In this document: in pieces, positions 25,812 to 32,000 of the stretch
Position numbering within the stretch: position 1 is the stretch's first letter
Layout of the letters: every line of letters begins with the position of its first letter
Assembly: GCF_000091665.1 (NCBI RefSeq)
Contig: NC_000909.1
Coordinates: 820,712 to 852,711 of the forward strand
Length of the DNA stretch: 32,000 bases
DNA from: Methanocaldococcus jannaschii DSM 2661
GTDB taxonomy: Archaea; AGJL01; Methanococci; Methanococcales; Methanocaldococcaceae
Direction of reading: 5' to 3'
Notes under the pieces: generated by a model
The model's input: the letters and a program-made list of their open reading frames with translations, nothing else
Database searches by the model: none
Told to the model about the DNA's origin: nothing
Translations under genes and position numbers: made by a program

Positions 25812-25970
25812 TTATTGAAATTTTAAATTTATAATTATTTTACATTTTGGACAGATAAACCTATCTCCAACACATTTAAATTCATAAGAACAGTTTGGAC
25901 ATCTAACTACTTTTATAAAATTATCTAAGCTATCCAAATCAATAACTGTAAATTTTTCTATCTCTTCCAT
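25812..25970 (-). CDS. Small Zn-ribbon protein, 52 aa. Not in the ORF track.
   Basis: Hand translation gives MEEIEKFTVIDLDSLDNFIKVVRCPNCSYEFKCVGDRFICPKCKIIINLKFQ, with CPxC...CPxC. A GGAG lies 3 nt upstream. The ORF begins 21 nt downstream of the nadX stop. Confidence 0.45.
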   Translation of the reverse strand: MEEIEKFTVIDLDSLDNFIKVVRCPNCSYEFKCVGDRFICPKCKIIINLKFQ

Positions 25971-25991
25971 ATTCTCCACGAATTAAAGCTT

Positions 25992-26795
25992 TTAAGTTCC
26001 AACTTTTACTGGCTCAGCTAAATCTCTAATCAACCTAACAGCTGAATAGGCAGCCAATGCAGAGGTTCTTGGATTTTCTTCAAATGGAACATTTTCAATA
26101 CAAACTCTCAATGTTCCTATAGAGCTTTTAACAAATAGTTCATGTTTGTTCAATTTAGCATTTGGGTCTGCAACAATAACAACCTTTGCTGGAAACTCTG
26201 CGGCTATCGATAAAGTAACTGAAACATTTATATTTGCTGGAAATTCTTTTATAGCTTTAAAAACATCCCCTTCAAAAACAATTACTGGATTTTTTATATC
26301 TTCTGGTTTATAACCAAGGTTTTTCAACGCATCCTCTAAGGCAGCAACTGGTTTTGTAGTTTTTAAAACAACCTCCTCTATCTCTCCCAATCTCAGAGCT
26401 TTTATGGCATCTAAGCCACCAATAGCTCCAGAGGGCAGATAAATCTTTCTTCCAACAGTTTTAGCTAAATCTCTAAGTTTTAAAAACAGCTTTTTATCTG
26501 CCAATGCACCAACACTCATTATTAAAACATCCTTATTATTTATTAAAGATTTTTCTGCAATCTCTTCAACTGCCTTTATTGAAGCTGCCTCAACAACTAA
26601 ATCTAAATCTTCTTTAACTAAATCATCAATACTACTACATATCTTAGCCCCAGTTCTTTCTGAAAGTGTTTTTGCCTTGTCAAAATTTCTATCATAGACA
26701 GCGGAGATTTTGGCATTTTTTATAGTTCCATCTAAAACTTTTTTTGTTATAAAATTGCCAATAGCTCCACAACCAACAATACCAATTTTAAGCAT
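25992..26795 (-). CDS. nadX: L-aspartate dehydrogenase (NAD biosynthesis)
   Basis: Rossmann motif [13 protein letters not shown] plus [13 protein letters not shown] and the NadX-type C-terminal domain. 267 aa. Confidence 0.85.
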   Translation of the reverse strand: MLKIGIVGCGAIGNFITKKVLDGTIKNAKISAVYDRNFDKAKTLSERTGAKICSSIDDLVKEDLDLVVEAASIKAVEEIAEKSLINNKDVLIMSVGALADKKLFLKLRDLAKTVGRKIYLPSGAIGGLDAIKALRLGEIEEVVLKTTKPVAALEDALKNLGYKPEDIKNPVIVFEGDVFKAIKEFPANINVSVTLSIAAEFPAKVVIVADPNAKLNKHELFVKSSIGTLRVCIENVPFEENPRTSALAAYSAVRLIRDLAEPVKVGT

Positions 26796-26893
26796 TAGTT
26801 ATCCCTCCTAAAAACAATAAAATAAAATTTTTTAGAAAAATAAATAATAAGCCTAATTTATTATAAAAGACAGAATATATTATTGTTTTTTTA

Positions 26894-27163
26894 TTACTTC
26901 TTTAAGAACCCATAACCAGAATCTGCAGGAGGTTTAACCAATATTATATTTCCAATTGCAGTTATTAAGTTGAATGGCAAAACAACCTTCTTAGAAGGGT
27001 CGGTAACATAGTCTTTTAAACATCCATTTTGAATGTCTGAAACAATTAAACCACTAATAACTCCCTTATTTAAATCAAGCATTACATCATAGACCTTCCC
27101 AACGTATATGGCTGTCGTTGTGTATATTGGTTTATCTAAAATATCACTAACTCTAATTGCCAT
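26894..27163 (-). CDS. PRC-barrel domain protein
   Basis: 89 aa. [21 protein letters not shown] is typical PRC-barrel texture. Confidence 0.65.
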
Positions 27164-27237
27164 TGCTATCCCCCTAATTTTTATACTCCTTTAACTTAAA
27201 AAATTACTATTTATTTATGTTTATTTAAATCTTTTGT

Positions 27238-28962
27238 GTGGTAATTATGGAAGGATTCAAAATTGCAATGAAGGTTATTGATGAGATTGATAAAAAGATA
27301 AAACCTTTAATTGGCTGGGAAAAAGCAGATGAAGTGGTTAAAATAGGTGCAGATGGGACTCCAACGAAAAGAATTGATGTAATTGCTGAAAATATGGCAA
27401 TAAATATTTTAGAGAAGTTTAGTGGAGGGATTTTAATAAGTGAAGAAATTGGATTGAAAGTTGTTGGCGATGAGTTAGAGTATATTTTTATCTTGGACCC
27501 CATAGATGGAACATACAACGCTTTAAAATCTATCCCCATATATTCAACTTCAATAGCTGTAGCAAAAATTAAAGGGGAGGATAAAAAACTAATTAGAGAA
27601 AATATTAATAACATAGATTGGATTAAAAGTTTTATAGCTAATAAATATACAATAAATGATTTATATGTTGGAATTGTGAAAAATTTAGCTACTGGAGATT
27701 TGTATTATGCTATCAAAGGAGAAGGAAGCTTTTTAGAGAAAGATGGGGAAAAAATTAAAATAGAAACAAAAAATATAAAAGATTTAAAAGAAGCATCTGT
27801 TGGATTGTTTGTTTATGGGTTATCTAATGATTTGTTAGAATTTTTAAAGGAAAGGAAGGTTAGGAGGGTCAGATTATTTGGTTCTATGGCTTTGGAGATG
27901 TGTTATGTTGTTAGTGGGGCTTTAGACGCTTATATAAACGTAAATGAAAATTCTCGTCTCTGCGATATAGCTGGGGCTTATGTTATCTGCAGAGAGGGAA
28001 ATGCAATTGTAACAAACAAAAATGGGAAACCATTAAATATGAAATTACATTTAATGGAGAGAACATCTTTAATTGTTAGCAATAAATATTTACATAAAAA
28101 GCTTATAGCTTTATTTGGCAACAGATGGATAATAAAGCCAGTGAAATTTGGAATAGTTGTTAGGGAGGATAAGGAAGAGGCAATTAACTTGGCTATAGAG
28201 ATTTGTAAATATCTAAAAGATAAAAACATCCCCTTCTGCGTTGAGGACTTTTTAAGAGAGAGAGTTGGTGGCGATAAGTTTGATATTTCAGCAATCTCTC
28301 ATATTATTGCTATTGGTGGGGATGGAACAATACTTAGGGCTTCAAGATTGGTTAATGGAGAGACAATACCTATAATAGCTGTAAATATGGGAAAAGTTGG
28401 ATTTTTAGCTGAGTTTTGTAAAGATGAAGTTTTTGAAATAATTGATAAGGTAATATATGGAGAGTATGAGATAGAAAAAAGAAGTAAATTATCTTGCAAA
28501 ATAATAAAAGATAATAGAGTTATAAAAACACCCTCTGCCTTAAATGAGATGGTTGTTATTACAAAAAACCCTGCAAAGATTTTAGAATTTGATGTATATG
28601 TTAATGATACGCTTGTTGAAAATGTTAGGGCGGATGGAATAATTGTCTCAACACCAACTGGTTCAACAGCCTATTCTCTAAGTGCTGGAGGGCCTATCGT
28701 TGAACCAAACGTTGATTGCTTTATAATATCACCAATATGTCCATTTAAGTTATCTTCGAGACCTTTAGTGATTTCCGCGTCAAATAGAATTAAACTAAAG
28801 CTTAAATTGGAAAAACCTGCTTTATTGGTTATTGATGGAAGTGTTGAATATGAAATAAATAAAGATGATGAGTTAATCTTTGAAAAATCCGACAGCTATG
28901 CTTATTTTGTAAAGGGGCAGAGTTTTTATAATAAGTTGAGCAGATGCCTTGGAATTAAATAA
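27238..28962 (+). CDS. nadK: Bifunctional IMPase-family NADP phosphatase / NAD kinase
   Basis: The N-terminal half has LDPIDGTYNA (IMPase). The C-terminal half has GGDGTILRA, NEMVV and TPTGSTAYSLSAGGPIV (NAD kinase). ATG 27247 is an alternative start. Confidence 0.9.
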   Translation: MVIMEGFKIAMKVIDEIDKKIKPLIGWEKADEVVKIGADGTPTKRIDVIAENMAINILEKFSGGILISEEIGLKVVGDELEYIFILDPIDGTYNALKSIPIYSTSIAVAKIKGEDKKLIRENINNIDWIKSFIANKYTINDLYVGIVKNLATGDLYYAIKGEGSFLEKDGEKIKIETKNIKDLKEASVGLFVYGLSNDLLEFLKERKVRRVRLFGSMALEMCYVVSGALDAYINVNENSRLCDIAGAYVICREGNAIVTNKNGKPLNMKLHLMERTSLIVSNKYLHKKLIALFGNRWIIKPVKFGIVVREDKEEAINLAIEICKYLKDKNIPFCVEDFLRERVGGDKFDISAISHIIAIGGDGTILRASRLVNGETIPIIAVNMGKVGFLAEFCKDEVFEIIDKVIYGEYEIEKRSKLSCKIIKDNRVIKTPSALNEMVVITKNPAKILEFDVYVNDTLVENVRADGIIVSTPTGSTAYSLSAGGPIVEPNVDCFIISPICPFKLSSRPLVISASNRIKLKLKLEKPALLVIDGSVEYEINKDDELIFEKSDSYAYFVKGQSFYNKLSRCLGIK

Positions 28963-28963
28963 A

Positions 28964-29764
28964 TTACTTTATCACGAACTCCCTAACTTTCTCTCTTATA
29001 TTTTCACTCTCCATTATTGATGAGCCAATTAAAGCAGCGTCAGTGAATTTTAAAACATAATTTAACTGCTCCTTTGTATATATACCACTCTCTCCAACCT
29101 TTATTTTATTTTTTGGGATTAATGGGGCCAATTTTTCAGTTGTAGATAAATCAATCTTTAGGGTTTTTAAATCTCTGTTATTTATGCCTATAATTTTAGC
29201 TCCAGCATCTAAAGCTATATCTATTTCATCTTCACTGTGCGTCTCAACTAAACATTCCAAATCATTTTCTTTTGCATAATCTAAAAACTCTCCAATGTCT
29301 TCTTTTAATGATGAAACAATTAATAACACTGCATTAGCTCCAATCTCACTTGCTACATCAATCTGATAAAAATCAACAATAAAATCTTTCATCAATATGG
29401 GAATATCAAATTCTCTTGCAACAATTAAATTTTTATAACTTCCATTGAAGTATTTTGGTTCAGTTAAAATAGATAAAGCTGTTGCTCCTCCTTCCACCAT
29501 TTCATTGGCAATATTTTTTACATCTTCGAGATTTATTTCTCTTATGCTACCTTTTGATGGAGAAGATGGCTTAATCTCTGTAATTATTGGGTTTTTTATT
29601 TCTTTAGCTTTTTTTATGGCTTTTGATAATCTTAACTTTCTCTTTTTTTCTACATCTATATCTAATTCATCGATAAAACTCCTTAAGTTTTTGATTATGT
29701 CTTTTCTCTTTTCTATCTCAACCATTTTTTTTCTATTTGCTACAATTTCATCTAAGACTTTCAT
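28964..29764 (-). CDS. trpC: Indole-3-glycerol-phosphate synthase
   Basis: ITEIKPSSPSKGSIR, ALSILTEPKYFNGS, IGINNRDLKT and ESGI are IGPS TIM-barrel motifs. Confidence 0.9.
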   Translation of the reverse strand: MKVLDEIVANRKKMVEIEKRKDIIKNLRSFIDELDIDVEKKRKLRLSKAIKKAKEIKNPIITEIKPSSPSKGSIREINLEDVKNIANEMVEGGATALSILTEPKYFNGSYKNLIVAREFDIPILMKDFIVDFYQIDVASEIGANAVLLIVSSLKEDIGEFLDYAKENDLECLVETHSEDEIDIALDAGAKIIGINNRDLKTLKIDLSTTEKLAPLIPKNKIKVGESGIYTKEQLNYVLKFTDAALIGSSIMESENIREKVREFVIK

Positions 29765-29834
29765 ATTATCACATTTAATAAAAAGAATTGCTATTTAAAA
29801 AAGGTAGGATAAAATAAAATAATAGTATAAGCTC

Positions 29835-30284
29835 TTATTCACTATTTTCTTCTTTTTCTTCTTTTATTTCTATGTTTTCTTTTGTAACATTACTTTCTTC
29901 CTTTTTTTCTTTAATAAGTTTTTCTATAACGACATTTCTTGGGGTTATTAGCAAATGTTCATCTCCTAAAGCCAATAACATTCCTCCAAATTTTGCAACT
30001 TCATTTCTCATCTTTCTGATGATTTCGATAAATTCATCATCAATCTCCTTCTCTAAGTTGGGAGTTTTTGCTATAACGATATATCCCGCTTCAGCCATCA
30101 CTATAGCATTTACAGCATCTTTTTCATCTTCAATACTGCAAACCTTTATAATTACTTTCTCTTCTTCAACTGGAGTTAGTGGGATTTCCTCAATTTCTTC
30201 TAAGTAGTCATCTACAGATACTGGTGCGGGGGTTGAGAAATTATCTCCTTTTTTACTCAAAAGTTTCTTTAGCTTTTCTAACAT
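29835..30284 (-). CDS. sepF: SepF-like cell-division protein (FtsZ membrane anchor)
   Basis: N-terminal amphipathic MLEKLKKLLSKK. The C-terminal core aligns by eye with bacterial SepF (GGMLLALGDEHLLITPRNVVI versus [21 protein letters not shown], recalled from memory). Confidence 0.7.
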   Translation of the reverse strand: MLEKLKKLLSKKGDNFSTPAPVSVDDYLEEIEEIPLTPVEEEKVIIKVCSIEDEKDAVNAIVMAEAGYIVIAKTPNLEKEIDDEFIEIIRKMRNEVAKFGGMLLALGDEHLLITPRNVVIEKLIKEKKEESNVTKENIEIKEEKEENSE

Positions 30285-30288
30285 TGCA

Positions 30289-30846
30289 TCACCTTTTCAA
30301 ATACTTAATAATTATATCCAACAATTCAGGGATTCCTTCAAAAGTTTTTGCTGATACAAATATTGGAGTATTTTTTATTCTTCTTTCAACATAATTCTTT
30401 AAATGTTCTTTATCACTATCATTTAATAAATCACATTTATTGATTACCACTATAATAGGTTTTTGGTATCTGAATTTTAACAAGTGGTGGAGTCTCTCAA
30501 AGCTCCTTAATAATCCAACACTGCCATCAATTACATGTATAATCATATCTGAATCATTAATCTCCTCAAACGTCTTTTCTAAAACTTTTGGTGTCATAAT
30601 TGGGGATTGTTTGTCAGTTGTTGTATATAATCCTCCCAAATCAACAAACACTAAATTCACAAATTCTGGCTCCTCCTTAATTCTCCCAATCTTCAACTTT
30701 CCCCAGTATCTTTTTATGGGCATTTTTGTAGTTCCACCTACCTCAGACACTAATGAAACATATTTTCCAAACAATGCGTTCATTATTGATGACTTTCCAG
30801 CATTTTCTGGGCCAATAATGGCTATTTTAAACTCTTTATCTTGCAT
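30289..30846 (-). CDS. Small GTP-binding protein (TRAFAC, Era/EngB-like)
   Basis: G1 GPENAGKS, G3 DLGG, G4 NKCD, G5 SAK. Confidence 0.85.
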   Translation of the reverse strand: MQDKEFKIAIIGPENAGKSSIMNALFGKYVSLVSEVGGTTKMPIKRYWGKLKIGRIKEEPEFVNLVFVDLGGLYTTTDKQSPIMTPKVLEKTFEEINDSDMIIHVIDGSVGLLRSFERLHHLLKFRYQKPIIVVINKCDLLNDSDKEHLKNYVERRIKNTPIFVSAKTFEGIPELLDIIIKYLKR

Positions 30847-30855
30847 AGTCTCACA

Positions 30856-31758
30856 TTATAGCTTAATGTCTTCACACAACTTTGGAGCTAATGAGTGATG
30901 CTCAGCCAAACCTAAAGCAGCAACAGCCCCTATTATCCCTCCTTCTCCATTAATTGGAATTATTTTTATGTTATTTCTTAAAGCTATAGATTTTGCTTCC
31001 TCTATTTTAACCATTTCTTTTTTAGCTTTTAATGCAAAGAGCTTCATACTTTTTGATGGGAAAAGGCCATAATAAACAGCCATTGCTGTTTCATCTGATA
31101 AACTTCTTTCTTTTAATAATTTTTTAATGAATTTATCCAATTTGTATTTATATTCTGGATAGACCGCAAAACTTAAAGCGATGGAGACACAGTTTTGAGT
31201 TTTATTTGGATTTCCAGGATAAAGTTGAACAATTGTATGGTCTAAATAATAACCAAGCCCTTCTTTCTCAACTTCTAAACCAATCTCATGTGCTAAAACC
31301 CATGTAGCTCCTTCTTCTTTTGTATCTGTGTCATCAATTCCAATAATAACCTTTTCCATTTTTGGAGTTATAACCTCTGCCTTTCCAAGCCTTGAACCAC
31401 CTCCCTTTTCTAAAATATTTACTTCAAGGACATTTTTGGCTCCCTTCCTTAACTCAGCTCCTACGCCTCCTCCAGCTAATCCCGCATAGACAATATGAAC
31501 TCTATTATTTTCTATATAAACTTCTTCAATTCCTGCTGCCGATAATGAAGGGACTAAATTTAATTTTTCTTTACCAATTTTTGTTACAAAGTGGTGTTTG
31601 TTTCCTTCTCTCCATGCTGATAAGATTAGAGGAGAGGTTCTTTGATATTGATAGATAACCCATTCACTACCGTTTGGACAAGGATGTTCTTCAACTATCT
31701 CAACAAGGTTTAAGGCATCATCTACCATTGCAATGACACTTTTATAATTTACTGACAT
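30856..31758 (-). CDS. Conserved hypothetical protein with a TiaS-like IGIDDTDT motif in its second half
   Basis: 300-aa ORF with SD AGGTGA upstream. It is the first gene of the GTPase-sepF operon. Its function is not assignable from the sequence. Confidence 0.6.
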   Translation of the reverse strand: MSVNYKSVIAMVDDALNLVEIVEEHPCPNGSEWVIYQYQRTSPLILSAWREGNKHHFVTKIGKEKLNLVPSLSAAGIEEVYIENNRVHIVYAGLAGGGVGAELRKGAKNVLEVNILEKGGGSRLGKAEVITPKMEKVIIGIDDTDTKEEGATWVLAHEIGLEVEKEGLGYYLDHTIVQLYPGNPNKTQNCVSIALSFAVYPEYKYKLDKFIKKLLKERSLSDETAMAVYYGLFPSKSMKLFALKAKKEMVKIEEAKSIALRNNIKIIPINGEGGIIGAVAALGLAEHHSLAPKLCEDIKL

Positions 31759-31773
31759 AGAATCACCTGTGAT

Positions 31774-31790
31774 ATTTAAATAGGACTTTC
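31774..31790. repeat. Left arm of a 17-nt inverted repeat (ATTTAAATAGGACTTTC)
   Basis: The reverse complement of 31978-31994 is ATTCAAATAGGACTTTC (16/17 match). The left arm lies 16 nt upstream of the minus-strand ATG at 31758. Confidence 0.85.
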
Positions 31791-31977
31791 GCAGAGGTAA
31801 ATTTTATTATTTTTTATTATCATTATTGTATAGGACGTAATTGTATATGGATGTACAAAGGTGTTAAAGTTCCAAATAGAACTTTTTTGTAGTTTAAAAC
31901 ATTAGGTCACTTTTTTGTGCAATGATAAATTTTAGTCTACGAACGTTCTATCAAAGATGATATTATAAAAAACTACA

Positions 31978-31994
31978 GAAAGTCCTATTTGAAT
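31978..31994. repeat. Right arm of the 17-nt inverted repeat (GAAAGTCCTATTTGAAT)
   Basis: See the left arm. It lies 3 nt before an ATG at 31998 at the window edge. Confidence 0.85.
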
Positions 31995-32000
31995 TTTATG

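Noticed and set aside
22275-31658. Other long antisense ORFs (22275-22751, 24381-24602, 24648-24848, 27225-27614, 27978-28229, 28299-28499, 29445-29798, 29872-30207, 30179-30394, 30440-30898, 31392-31658). The same applies to antisense ORFs upstream of this span (6586-6846, 7693-7944, 8872-9075, 11689-11907, 12156-12410, 13523-13741, 16653-16856, 17053-17445, 18814-19125).
   Set aside because: Each lies entirely within a well-supported gene on the other strand. None has an SD, and all have low-complexity or hydrophobic junk composition.
1-32000. Search for rRNA, tRNA, CRISPR arrays, IS elements or integrases
   Set aside because: There are no GC-rich structured blocks of the kind that mark stable RNAs in AT-rich hyperthermophile genomes. 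There are no regularly spaced 25-40-nt repeats and no transposase- or integrase-like ORFs. The only repeats are those listed as features.

Overview
AT-rich, very gene-dense archaeal chromosome segment of Methanococcales type. From memory, which I cannot verify here, several products (the Sec-beta peptide, the archaellins, the IMPase/NAD-kinase fusion) match the Methanocaldococcus jannaschii MJ0889-MJ0921 region. Contents in order: a complete archaellum operon flaB1-flaB2-flaB3-flaC-D-E-F-G-H-I-J plus the prearchaellin peptidase flaK; a large secreted repeat protein apparently split into two ORFs; a wHTH regulator / SAM methyltransferase pair and a convergent radical-SAM enzyme; cobN; a relBE toxin-antitoxin pair plus an orphan DUF104 antitoxin; a ChlD-type vWA region and chlI; a metallophosphoesterase; secG (Sec-beta); coaBC; vapBC; a small Zn-ribbon ORF; nadX; a PRC-barrel protein; the IMPase/NAD-kinase fusion; trpC; and a sepF / small GTPase / unknown-protein operon. 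I saw no rRNA, tRNA, CRISPR array or transposase. The most interesting signals are three reading-frame discontinuities that all need the same -1 correction. (1) chlI terminates on an A9 tract, and the -1 frame continues without any start codon through an acidic linker into a vWA (ChlD) domain, so one gene could give both chelatase subunits. (2) flaC has a perfect SD+ATG whose frame stops after 23 codons in an A9-G-A8 tract (A_AAA_AAG in phase), while the conserved FlaC body continues in the -1 frame. (3) The secreted protein is split at a (TA)4 repeat. Other observations: a 196-bp perfectly identical 5' block shared by flaB1 and flaB2 (gene conversion), periodic TACNNA hexamers upstream of the fla promoter, a G-rich multi-SD leader, and an internal SD+ATG in flaD.
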